DNA of 64,000 bases from Thermodesulfobacteriota bacterium (GTDB taxonomy: Bacteria; Desulfobacterota_D; UBA1144; Nemesobacterales; Nemesobacteraceae): positions 800,001 to 864,000 of the forward strand of contig OZ241855.1 of assembly GCA_965202785.1 (NCBI GenBank), given 5' to 3'. The notes beneath the pieces are model-generated. The model was not told the origin of the DNA. It saw only the letters and a program-made list of their open reading frames with translations, and made no database searches. Shown in pieces: positions 27,608 through 36,847 of this stretch; positions within the stretch are counted from its first letter, which is position 1; every line of letters begins with the position of its first letter. The position numbers and the translations under genes are program-made.

Positions 27608-28951
27608 TTGACCGATCCAAACCAGAAGTTCCAGAGAAAATTCGACATCCGCCCGGCCAAGGGAAAGCTTGGGGTGCTGATTCCCGGGATGAGCGGGGCG
27701 GTAAGCACAACTTTCATAGCGGGCGTAAAGGCGGTAGTAAAGGGAGTGGGAAGGCCCATCGGCTCCCTGACGCAGATGGGGAAAATCAGGCTCGGCAAAA
27801 GAACCGAGAAGAATTTTCCTTTCATAAAAGATTTGGTTCCGGTGGCGGAAATTCAGGACATGGTGTTTGCCGGATGGGACATACACGATGAAGACTGCCA
27901 CGCCTCAGCGCTTCGGGCCGGAGTGCTCAATCCCGAACTTCTCGAGAAGATAAGACGGGATCTTGAAAAAGAGTCTCCCATGCGGGCTGTTTTCGATAAC
28001 AGGTACGTCCGCAACCTCAAAGGTTCCTACGTAAAGAAGGGCAAGACGAAGATGCATCTTGCCGAGGCGTTGATCAGGGACATAAAGAGATTCCAGAGGG
28101 AAAACGATATCGAAAGGCTGGTAATGCTCTGGTGCGGGAGTACCGAGGTATATCTTGAGCCGTCGGAAGTTCATGAGACCGTAGAGAGTTTCGAGAAGGG
28201 GCTGAGGGAAAATCACGACGATATTCCCCCAAGCATGATCTACGCCTACGCGGCCATAAAATGCGGCGCCTCCTACGGAAACGGGGCCCCGAATCTGTCC
28301 GTGGACATCCCCGCGCTTCAGCAGCTCGCGATTGAAAACGAGGTTCCCATAGCCGGCAAGGATTTCAAAACCGGCCAGACACTCATGAAGACTATACTGG
28401 CTCCGGGCCTTAAAAGCAGGATGCTCGGGCTCAACGGGTGGTTTTCAACCAATATACTGGGTAACCGGGACGGAGAGGTGCTTGATGATCCCGGTTCTTT
28501 CAAAACTAAGGAAGAAAGCAAGCTGGGCGCACTTGAGTACATATTTCAGCCCGAGATAAATCCTGAGCTTTATTCGGATTACTACCACAAGGTAAGAATA
28601 AACTATTACCCGCCGCGCGGAGACGAAAAAGAGGCCTGGGACAATATAGACGTTTTCGGATGGCTCGATTATCCCATGCAGATAAAGGTCAATTTTCTCT
28701 GCCGCGACAGCATACTTGCAGCACCGGTGGTTCTTGATCTCGTGCTGTTCCTAGACCTTGCGCATCGCGCCGGCATCTACGGGGTTCAGGAGTGGCTTTC
28801 CTTTTATTTCAAAAGCCCCATGGTCGATAAGAAGCTCTACCCCGAGCACGATCTTTTCGTTCAATTCACCAAGCTGCAGAACACGCTTCGCTACCTGCAG
28901 GGCGAAGAACTGATAAGCCATCTGGGGATTGATTACTACGGTTTCGGTTAA
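27608..28951 (+). CDS. ino1: myo-inositol-1-phosphate synthase
   Basis: GWDI, WCGSTE, NGAPN, GKDFKTGQT, GNRDG, CRDSILAAP; start set at TTG 27608. Confidence 0.92.
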   Translation: MTDPNQKFQRKFDIRPAKGKLGVLIPGMSGAVSTTFIAGVKAVVKGVGRPIGSLTQMGKIRLGKRTEKNFPFIKDLVPVAEIQDMVFAGWDIHDEDCHASALRAGVLNPELLEKIRRDLEKESPMRAVFDNRYVRNLKGSYVKKGKTKMHLAEALIRDIKRFQRENDIERLVMLWCGSTEVYLEPSEVHETVESFEKGLRENHDDIPPSMIYAYAAIKCGASYGNGAPNLSVDIPALQQLAIENEVPIAGKDFKTGQTLMKTILAPGLKSRMLGLNGWFSTNILGNRDGEVLDDPGSFKTKEESKLGALEYIFQPEINPELYSDYYHKVRINYYPPRGDEKEAWDNIDVFGWLDYPMQIKVNFLCRDSILAAPVVLDLVLFLDLAHRAGIYGVQEWLSFYFKSPMVDKKLYPEHDLFVQFTKLQNTLRYLQGEELISHLGIDYYGFG

Positions 28952-28963
28952 ACCGGTTCTGCT

Positions 28964-30109
28964 CTACTGCTTAAGGAAGCTTTCCAGGTCTTTTCTCACG
29001 CCGGAACTTGCGAGTTTCCCGAGAGCGGCCTTTTCTATCTGCCTTATCCTTTCCCTGGTCAGATTGAACCTCTTGCCGATCTCATCGAGAGTGTAGGTGC
29101 TCTGGCGTCCTATTCCGAAGCGAAGCCTGATGATTTCCTCTTCTCTTTGATTCAGAAGGGTAAGTGCTTCCTTCAGTTTTTCCGCGAGAGACATTTTCGC
29201 TATTATCGTGTCAGGGATTTTAGCTTCCTTGTCCGCGACCGAATCAAGAAGCGTGGTTTTCTCCCCGTCGAGAACCGGAGTGTCGAGGCTTATGGCGTCG
29301 TTTGTGGAATTGAGAATCCTGTTTATAACCTCTGCTGAGATTCCCGAGGCCTCGGCTATTTCCTTGGGCGTCGGCTTTCTTCCCATTTCCTTGCTGAGCT
29401 TTGCGCTCGTCTTGTAAACTCTGTTTGCCTGCTCCAGCAAGTAAACAGGGACCTTTATGGTTCTGGTCTGTCCCTGAAGGGCCCTGAGTATGGCCTGGTG
29501 TATCCACCATGAGGCGTAGGTGGAGAACTTGTACCCCTTTGTGTAATCAAATCTTTCAACCGCACGCATTAGACCGAGATTTCCTTCCTGAATGAGGTCC
29601 GGAAGGGGCAGGCCCCTGCTCATGTATCTTCTCGAAATCGTTATTACGAGCCTCAGGTTGGCTTTTACGAATTTCTGCTTGAGTTTGAGCGCCCAGTCGA
29701 CGTAAATTCTCTCCATCGCGCGCAGAACCGCTATTCTGTGTGCTATCGCACGCGCCTTGGCCGAGTTTCTTCTTGTGCGGATTTTCTCGTATTTTTCAAT
29801 GCTCTTAGGTACCTTGGCCATCCTGATTTCGCACATCTTGATTCTCGCGGATATCTCGACTTCCTGCTTTGCGGCGAAAAGAGGCTCAACGGCCATGTCC
29901 TTAAAATAGACGTAAAGAAGCCGGAGCTGTTCATCGGGGATCCACTTGTCCTTTTCTTTGTTTTTTCCCCTGGGTTTCAGTCGCTCTTCGCCCGGGCCGT
30001 CAAAACTCTCTTCGGTTTCGTTTTCCTCGATGTCGTCATCAACATCATAGGATTCAAACCCGGCGTCGTGTTCCGCATTATCCTGAAAATCTTTGTATTT
30101 GATGTCCAT
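28964..30109 (-). CDS. sigma-70 family sigma factor, RpoD/RpoS-like (no region 1.1)
   Basis: [43 protein letters not shown]. Confidence 0.92.
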   Translation of the reverse strand: MDIKYKDFQDNAEHDAGFESYDVDDDIEENETEESFDGPGEERLKPRGKNKEKDKWIPDEQLRLLYVYFKDMAVEPLFAAKQEVEISARIKMCEIRMAKVPKSIEKYEKIRTRRNSAKARAIAHRIAVLRAMERIYVDWALKLKQKFVKANLRLVITISRRYMSRGLPLPDLIQEGNLGLMRAVERFDYTKGYKFSTYASWWIHQAILRALQGQTRTIKVPVYLLEQANRVYKTSAKLSKEMGRKPTPKEIAEASGISAEVINRILNSTNDAISLDTPVLDGEKTTLLDSVADKEAKIPDTIIAKMSLAEKLKEALTLLNQREEEIIRLRFGIGRQSTYTLDEIGKRFNLTRERIRQIEKAALGKLASSGVRKDLESFLKQ

Positions 30110-30273
30110 CTTACTTTCTCACCAATTCCCTGATTGAAAAACGGAGGCAACAAAAAAGGTTTTCAAAGCCCAAGCGGGCAATGAAAATTAGCACCTTCCG
30201 TCCCTATTAGGGAATTATAAGATTTTTCGAGCTAAAATGTAAGCGTTTTTTTCCGAGTGCGGTTTCGCGGAAG

Positions 30274-30885
30274 TTACTTCGCCCCGGCGAAGTTCTCCGA
30301 AACCTGTTCCCAGTTCACCACATTCCACCACGCCTTCACGTAGTCGGGCCTTCTGTTCTGGTAGTTCAGATAATATGCATGCTCCCAGACATCGAGACCC
30401 AGAATGGGTTTTAGTCCCTCGGAAACCGGATTATCTTGGTTTGCGGTGGATGTTACCACGAGCCCTCCGCCCTCGTCCACGCAAAGCCACGCCCAGCCGC
30501 TTCCGAACCTGGTGGCGGCCGCCTTGGAGAATGTCTCGGCGAAAGCATCGAAGCTTCCGAACGCGGAATCTATTGCATCGGCAAGCTCGCCCGAAGGCGT
30601 TCCTCCGGAACCGGGGGCCATGCACGGCCAGAAAAGGCTGTGATTCGCGTGTCCTCCACCGTTGTTTCTTACCGCAGTTCTTATGTCTTCGGGAACGGAG
30701 TCAAGATCGCCGAGCAGTTCCTCGAGCGATTTGCCTGCCAACTCCGGATGCTTCTCCAGCGCTGCGTTTAAGTTGTTTACGTACCCTTGGTGATGCTTTG
30801 AATGATGGATTCTCATCGTTTCCGCGTCTATATGCGGCTCCAAAGCGTCATGATCATAAGGAAGACCAGGTAGTTCGTGCGCCAT
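30274..30885 (-). CDS. sodA: superoxide dismutase (Mn-type signature)
   Basis: [31 protein letters not shown]. Confidence 0.93.
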   Translation of the reverse strand: MAHELPGLPYDHDALEPHIDAETMRIHHSKHHQGYVNNLNAALEKHPELAGKSLEELLGDLDSVPEDIRTAVRNNGGGHANHSLFWPCMAPGSGGTPSGELADAIDSAFGSFDAFAETFSKAAATRFGSGWAWLCVDEGGGLVVTSTANQDNPVSEGLKPILGLDVWEHAYYLNYQNRRPDYVKAWWNVVNWEQVSENFAGAK

Positions 30886-30929
30886 TTTCCTCTCCTTTTA
30901 ATCTCTCGAAATAAAAAGCCAAGTTTGGG

Positions 30930-30958
30930 ATTATATATACAACTGCTGACAGTTGCAA
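30930..30958 (-). promoter_or_regulatory. sodA promoter with a palindromic site
   Basis: Minus strand TTGCAA, 17 bp, TATAAT; CAACTG-N4-CAGTTG at 30940-30955. Confidence 0.6.
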
Positions 30959-31033
30959 GTAGATTATACCAGAAATTACCCCACGTTTTTACATATAGTG
31001 GCGATAAAGTAAATTTAAACCCTTGAGGTTCCC

Positions 31034-31771
31034 ATGTCGGAAAACATTATTGAAATGACGGACGTGTGTAAGTCCTTTGACGGAAAGACGGTTCACAGGG
31101 GAATAAATCTTTTCGTAAGAAGGGGAGAAATCATTACCGTCTTGGGGGAGAGCGGAGTTGGGAAAAGCGTTTTGCTCAAGGAGATAAACGGTCTCGTTAA
31201 ACCCGACAGCGGGAAGGTAGTGGTTCTGGGAGAGGATACGGCGCAAATGGATGAGAGGCAGCTTGTGAAAATAAGAAAGGAAACGGGCATGCTGTTTCAG
31301 GGCTCTGCCCTTTTTGACTCGCTTACCGTAGAGGAGAATATAGCCTATCCTCTGATTGAAAACTCGGATCTTCCCACTGAGGAGATAAAAAAAGCGGTTG
31401 CCCGCAACCTTGAACTGGTCGATCTTCCGGGAATCGAAGACAAGTACCCCGGGGAACTAAGCGGAGGGATGAAAAAAAGAGTGGCTCTTGCAAGAGCGAT
31501 CGCCACCCGCCCGAAGATTCTTCTCTACGACGAGCCCACGACCGGTCTTGATCCTCCCAATATAAAAAGGATCGCCAAGTTAATAAAGAGCATGAGAGAC
31601 CGGCTCAGGATAACCGGGGTCGTTATTACCCACGACATAGGAACCGCCTACGAGGTTTCTGACAGGATAGCGTTTCTTTACGAGGGAGAAATTGTGTTCA
31701 CGGGAACTGTGCCCGAGGCCCGGGAGAGCAATATTTCCACATTCAGGAATTTTCTCGATAGCAAGATGTAG
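31034..31771 (+). CDS. mlaF: MlaF-family ABC ATP-binding protein
   Basis: GESGVGKS, FQGSALFDSL, LSGGMKKRVALARA, YDEPTTGLDP. Confidence 0.88.
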   Translation: MSENIIEMTDVCKSFDGKTVHRGINLFVRRGEIITVLGESGVGKSVLLKEINGLVKPDSGKVVVLGEDTAQMDERQLVKIRKETGMLFQGSALFDSLTVEENIAYPLIENSDLPTEEIKKAVARNLELVDLPGIEDKYPGELSGGMKKRVALARAIATRPKILLYDEPTTGLDPPNIKRIAKLIKSMRDRLRITGVVITHDIGTAYEVSDRIAFLYEGEIVFTGTVPEARESNISTFRNFLDSKM

Positions 31772-32028
31772 AGGCCTTGCAGCTGGATTCGATCGAAGTA
31801 ACTGCGATTGGCTCTCTATCCGGCTTTCAAATTCATCCAACGCTAAGTTTTTAGCTATCAGACAAGGCGTAGTTGCGTCCGATGACAACTAAGATTCTTG
31901 GGCGCGCACTTTCATTGCAAGCCCGCAAGCGACGAACCTGCCCGCTGTCCCATGCAACGCAACAATTTAAAGCAGGATCTTAAGTTCTTTCAGCCCTGGT
32001 CCCTCCGCAGCGCTCAGGGCTTCGAAGC

Positions 32029-33507
32029 CTAGGACTTTCCACCCGAGCGGCTCCTCCCCCAAAGCCCAAAGAACAGAACCGCGGTGAGTAAAAACAGGTT
32101 AAACCCTGCGACCTTGAGATTGCTTTGGTCCCCAGAGACAATTGCACATCCTCCATCTCCGCCATCTCCACCGTCAACATCTCCGCCATCTCCGTCATCG
32201 CGTCCTGGGAAAACCGGATATCTGTGAAGCTGGTCGCGGGCAAATGCTGATAAGTCATCAGGGATGGGCTGACACGTCCCGCCCTCGGGTTCGTAATATT
32301 CCCTGTCCTCGGGGTAAATACCGGAAACAATAACAAAGTTCGCTCTCGTGGCGCCGCCGAAGGTTGTTGGTAAAACGTAGCTCACCTTGAGCGACGTACC
32401 AGGGGATAAGCCCGGTATAGGGTTTCCATCCTCAGCAAGCACTTTGTCATCGTCTCTAACAGGGTTAGACCAATAGTATTCGACAAAACGATTGTTCTCG
32501 TCCTGTTCTTCTAATTTCTGAGCAACGATCTGATCGACATCGACACAGCCGTCATAGGCAATAAGCGCTGAATCCTTAAGTGCCGGAGAGAGCCCGTTAA
32601 AGACACTGTATCGTTTGCCCTCATGTCTGAACATAACGAAATATATGGACCCCGATCTCCAAGTTTCCTCCCTCCAGCAGGGCCTGAGTCGAATTAATCT
32701 TCCGGTTACAGCTCCTCTTTGCCGCTCATCTGAGAGCATGTCATATCCGGGGAAGAGTCTGCGAAAACGGTTAATCTCCTCGGTAATATGCTCCTCTACC
32801 GTTTTCACATAATTCTTAAGAGTCTCCCTGTCGGCAGCCATATCAAGCATTCCAGCGCTTACACGTGTAAAGCTTTCTCCATCGGAGTCTGTTCCGGATT
32901 CGCTAAAGTATTGGGGGCCGAAATCACGACACGCGCCTAGCGCCTTGGAAAAATCCACATCACCCGGCTCATGATCAAAGCCCGCGACCGTATAAACAAT
33001 ACCTTGGGCTCCTGTTTGTCTTGTACTAGTAGTTTGAACGGCGCAGATATGGTTGCCATGTTCCCCGGTCTCATCTCTAACGCAGGCTGGTTGCTCGCCT
33101 GATTGCTCTACTTCCGTCATGAGTCGGTCAAAAACTCCGATGTTTCTCAAAGACCCATCCAGGGCAGCGTTCTGGTCCGCATGGAAACCTATAACTTCAC
33201 CTGCTCTGAGGTTCTGGAGTCCGCTTGATGCTCGATTAACGATGATAACGTATGTAGCGCCGCTCTTCCAAACTCCATCATTAGCTCTCATGGCGTTGCG
33301 GAACTCAGCCTCCTCATCGTAGTCTCTGATTTGCTCCCGGTGCTCTTTTACGTGCAGCACGAAGTCTTTCATAGCTTGCTCGGTATTCATCTCACTCGCC
33401 TGTTGGGCAGTTGTTGTATGCATTTCATGCGCGGAAGCGGGATGCGTATCGGCAAAAGCAACAGCAAGAACAAACATGAAGCAGAAAAGCAGTAGAGAAT
33501 TTTTCAT
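32029..33507 (-). CDS. secreted protein with two Cache-like repeats and a GGC-type C-terminal membrane anchor
   Basis: Signal peptide MKNSLLLFCFMFVLAVAFA with AGGAG RBS; repeats WKSGATYV and WRSGSIYF; FVEYYWSNP...KVSYV...SGIY; Gly/Asp linker, GGC, TM and basic tail. Confidence 0.75.
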   Translation of the reverse strand: MKNSLLLFCFMFVLAVAFADTHPASAHEMHTTTAQQASEMNTEQAMKDFVLHVKEHREQIRDYDEEAEFRNAMRANDGVWKSGATYVIIVNRASSGLQNLRAGEVIGFHADQNAALDGSLRNIGVFDRLMTEVEQSGEQPACVRDETGEHGNHICAVQTTSTRQTGAQGIVYTVAGFDHEPGDVDFSKALGACRDFGPQYFSESGTDSDGESFTRVSAGMLDMAADRETLKNYVKTVEEHITEEINRFRRLFPGYDMLSDERQRGAVTGRLIRLRPCWREETWRSGSIYFVMFRHEGKRYSVFNGLSPALKDSALIAYDGCVDVDQIVAQKLEEQDENNRFVEYYWSNPVRDDDKVLAEDGNPIPGLSPGTSLKVSYVLPTTFGGATRANFVIVSGIYPEDREYYEPEGGTCQPIPDDLSAFARDQLHRYPVFPGRDDGDGGDVDGGDGGDGGCAIVSGDQSNLKVAGFNLFLLTAVLFFGLWGRSRSGGKS

Positions 33508-33645
33508 TTTTTTTAGATCTCCTTTTAGTAATACTTCCAAGTGCTGATTATTCTCTTTCATTGAACAAAAAAACCTGATTTTTGTCAAGGAAAATCTGCA
33601 CTAACTCTTGAGTTCTAATGGTGGGGAAGAAGCTTTTCCGAAGAG

Positions 33646-34134
33646 TTATGATTTCGGTGAATATGGGCTTAGGCACGCTGAGGCCATAGCTGCTATACCT
33701 TCTTTCCTTCCCGTGAAACCCAAGCCTTCGGTTGAAGTTCCCTTCACGTTTACGGCGTCGCTCGAAATTCCTAGGGCATCGGCGATTTTCTCCTCCATAG
33801 CGGATGAATGAGGAGAAATTCTTGGCTCCTCGCACACCACCGTGCAATCAATATTTTCTATACGGTAGCCCTTGTCTGCCATCATCCGGGCGACTTGGGA
33901 GAGAATCGCTAGGCTTGAAGCGTCTTTGTATTTCAGGTCGTTCGGTGGAAAATGTTTCCCTATGTCTCCCTCGCCGATGGCTCCCAAAATAGCGTCGGCA
34001 ACCGCATGGGAAAGCACGTCGGCGTCGGAATGACCGGCAAGTCCCCGGCAGCCCTGAATCTCAACGCCACCCAGTATGAGTGCTCTTTCCTCGCAAAACG
34101 CGTGTGCGTCAAACCCCGTTCCTATTCTGTGCAT
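33646..34134 (-). CDS. ispF: 2-C-methyl-D-erythritol 2,4-cyclodiphosphate synthase
   Basis: RIGTGFDAH, GHSDADV, GDIGKHFP, EGLGFTGR. Confidence 0.95.
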   Translation of the reverse strand: MHRIGTGFDAHAFCEERALILGGVEIQGCRGLAGHSDADVLSHAVADAILGAIGEGDIGKHFPPNDLKYKDASSLAILSQVARMMADKGYRIENIDCTVVCEEPRISPHSSAMEEKIADALGISSDAVNVKGTSTEGLGFTGRKEGIAAMASACLSPYSPKS

Positions 34135-34837
34135 TGACCACTTCTCCTTTGCTTACGATAATTTCAGCTATTTTGAAATCGGCTGCGGTTGTGATTTTCA
34201 TGTTAAGGTCGGTTCCCGCCACTACGCTTACCCCTATTCCCCTTGCTTCCGCAAGCGCCGATTCGTCAGTTGCGTCAAGATCCGCGATACCGTCTGAGCA
34301 ATAGATCTCCGCGAGTATCTCCCGGCGAAAAACCTGTGGAGTCTGGGCCCTCCAGAGTTCCTCCCTCGGAACCGTTTCCGAAATGAACGGTCCGGGCTCC
34401 TGTGCCCGCTTCAACGTGTCTGTAACGGGAACGGCGCATATGCAAGCGCCTGTGCGGGTACACCCCTCTATGACTCTTTTAATCGTGTCGTTATCGACAA
34501 AAGGTCTCGCAGCGTCGTGAATGAGCACCATGTCACTGTCCGGGGGTGTGGCACGAAAACCATTTCTTACGGACACATGCCTTTTTTCGCCCCCGGCGAC
34601 AACAGAGGTGATTTTTTCAAACCCGAAGCTCTCGAGCAGTTCCTCTGAGCGTAAAATTTCGTCCTCGGGCACTACGACCACTACGCTTGTTATGGGTTCG
34701 CTCGACTCGAAAGTCGAAAGGCAGTAGGTAAGAAGAGGTTTTCCGCCGAGCGCGGCGAACTGTTTTTTTCCATGAGTGGAGAATCTTTTAGAAAGACCGG
34801 CGGCCGCCACTACAGCTGAGACTTTTGGGGTACTCAC
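34109..34837 (-). CDS. ispD: 2-C-methyl-D-erythritol 4-phosphate cytidylyltransferase
   Basis: AAGLSKRF, VLIHDAARP, QTPQ, NMKITT. Confidence 0.95.
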   Translation of the reverse strand: MSTPKVSAVVAAAGLSKRFSTHGKKQFAALGGKPLLTYCLSTFESSEPITSVVVVVPEDEILRSEELLESFGFEKITSVVAGGEKRHVSVRNGFRATPPDSDMVLIHDAARPFVDNDTIKRVIEGCTRTGACICAVPVTDTLKRAQEPGPFISETVPREELWRAQTPQVFRREILAEIYCSDGIADLDATDESALAEARGIGVSVVAGTDLNMKITTAADFKIAEIIVSKGEVVNAQNRNGV

Positions 34838-34841
34838 AGGG

Positions 34842-35828
34842 TCAGCCCTCTTTTTTCAGTTTTGCGAAAACTATCCTTCCGGTCGGCGTCTGAACCATGC
34901 TCCTCACTGAAACGTCCACGTCTTTTCCTATCTGTCTTGAAGCGTTGTCCGTTACCACCATGGTTCCGTCGTCGAGATAACCGACCGCCTGATGCTGCTC
35001 CTTCCCGGGCTTTACGAGGCTTATTCTTATTGTCTGCCCCTGTTCCACGACGGGTCTCAAGGCGTGGTTTAGATTGTTTATGTTAAGCACGGTGATTTTT
35101 TCGAGGTCGGCGATCTTCTTTAGGTTGTAGTCGTTGGTGATAAGTATTCCGTTCAATCTCTTCGAGAGCTCAATGAGTTTTATGTCCGCGTCTTTTATGT
35201 GTTCGAAATCATGATCGGTCATGCTGACGCTTATCGAAGGGATGTCATTTTGCATCCTGTTTATGATATCAAGTCCCCTTCTGCCGCGAGTTTTTCTTGC
35301 GGGGTCCGAGGAATCCGCTATGTACTGAAGTTCCTGGATGATGAATTTGGGTATTATCAGTTCTCCTTGAAGAAAACCCGTTTCAGCGATATCGGCGATG
35401 CGCCCGTCTATTATGACACTGGTGTCAAGTATTTTCGGGGCAAGCGCCTCCGGCTGCCTGAAAAACGAGTCGGATGCTGCCGTGGCAAGGGAGGTTTTGT
35501 CAAAACCTATTACCGTGCCTATGCAAATGAGAAGCAAGAAGATTCCCGCTTTTACATGCGGAAGCAGGGGCCCGGCTATTGGAAAGCTGTTAAGAATGGT
35601 GAGCACCGCGAGGTATATGAAAGTGGCCGTGAGGATTCCGACTGACATTCCGAGTGCCTGGCGAAGCGAGATTTTCCTGAAAAGCATTCGGAAACCCGCA
35701 AGAACCACAAAAGCTAATATTCCGCAGCCGACGGCCGTAAGAACCGAGTGGGAAAATGAAAGGTAGTCGGGACTGAGAGCAAACGCCGCAAGTGCAAACG
35801 CTATGGAAAGTGTAATAGAAAGTTTCAT
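34842..35828 (-). CDS. PIN/TRAM domain membrane protein (YacL-like)
   Basis: KILDTSVIIDGRI, RGRRGLD, ITNDYNL, GYLDDGTMVV; usual position upstream of ispD. Confidence 0.9.
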   Translation of the reverse strand: MKLSITLSIAFALAAFALSPDYLSFSHSVLTAVGCGILAFVVLAGFRMLFRKISLRQALGMSVGILTATFIYLAVLTILNSFPIAGPLLPHVKAGIFLLLICIGTVIGFDKTSLATAASDSFFRQPEALAPKILDTSVIIDGRIADIAETGFLQGELIIPKFIIQELQYIADSSDPARKTRGRRGLDIINRMQNDIPSISVSMTDHDFEHIKDADIKLIELSKRLNGILITNDYNLKKIADLEKITVLNINNLNHALRPVVEQGQTIRISLVKPGKEQHQAVGYLDDGTMVVTDNASRQIGKDVDVSVRSMVQTPTGRIVFAKLKKEG

Positions 35829-36028
35829 TAATAATCCGGCCCTTCCGAGGGAGCAAGTTATAGAATATATGAAGGCTTGAGTTTTAACAAGTTCTCAGTT
35901 GCGGGCCTGGGGAGACGGTCGGCGGTTTTTCACCGATTTCTGCTGGTCAGTTATAATTACTGCATTCCGGGCGAAATGAACCGGTTTCTTTGATTTTCCA
36001 CACAGCCGGGTTTTCGCGTGGACGAAAC

Positions 36029-36847
36029 ATGATGAAATTCTGCACTCTTGCCAGCGGCAGTTCTGGCAACTCGCTTTATCTTGAGTCGAGATACTCGAAA
36101 ATACTGATTGACGCGGGGATTAGCTTCCGAAGGATCTCGCGGAGTCTCGGGGATATGGGTATAGCCGTGACCGATCTTGACGCTGTAGTGCTTTCGCACG
36201 AGCACGAGGACCACTCAAGAGCTGTCGGGAGAATGTCCGGAGTGCCTGTTTACGTGTCGGGTGAAACCCTTGGCTTCTGGGAAGGAAAAAGAAACGGACG
36301 CAATAACGGAAACAGCGCAAAGAGTCTACATTTGCCCAATGGCGGTATAGAGAAGCTGAGGGAATTTGACTCAGAAGAGCCGTTTCGTATAAACGACCTT
36401 ACCCTTACTCCCTTCTCAGTGGCGCATGATGCCATCGATCCGGTCGGTTTCACCGTAACCGATGGCCGCGTCAAAATAGGCATAGTTACCGACATAGGGA
36501 AACCCACGGCTCTTGTGAGAGAGAGCCTTAAGGACTGTGATGCGCTCGTTCTGGAGTCGAATCATGACAGGGAAATGCTTTTCTCGGGTTCCTACCCTGC
36601 GTACCTCAAGCAGAGAATAAGCGGGGGGCACGGACACCTGTCGAATGATCAGTCAGCATCCCTTCTGGGCGATGTTCTGCACGACGGGTTGAAATACGTT
36701 CTGCTGGCGCACCTAAGCGCGAGGAACAACACTCCTGAGATGGCGCTTGGATGCTCGCTAGAGGTTCTGCGCCAAAGAGGCGCTGAAGGCCGTGTCGCTT
36801 TGGCGGTGGCTCCGCGAAGCGCGGCCGGGGAGGTTATAACGATTTGA
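36029..36847 (+). CDS. MBL-fold metallo-hydrolase (YycJ/WalJ-like)
   Basis: LASGSSGN, SHEHEDH, LESNHD, GHLSN. Confidence 0.9.
   Translation: MMKFCTLASGSSGNSLYLESRYSKILIDAGISFRRISRSLGDMGIAVTDLDAVVLSHEHEDHSRAVGRMSGVPVYVSGETLGFWEGKRNGRNNGNSAKSLHLPNGGIEKLREFDSEEPFRINDLTLTPFSVAHDAIDPVGFTVTDGRVKIGIVTDIGKPTALVRESLKDCDALVLESNHDREMLFSGSYPAYLKQRISGGHGHLSNDQSASLLGDVLHDGLKYVLLAHLSARNNTPEMALGCSLEVLRQRGAEGRVALAVAPRSAAGEVITI

Noticed and set aside
31772-32028. 257-bp intergenic stretch considered as tmRNA, another ncRNA or a gene remnant
   Set aside because: No tRNA-like ends, tag peptide or recognisable protein motif found by eye
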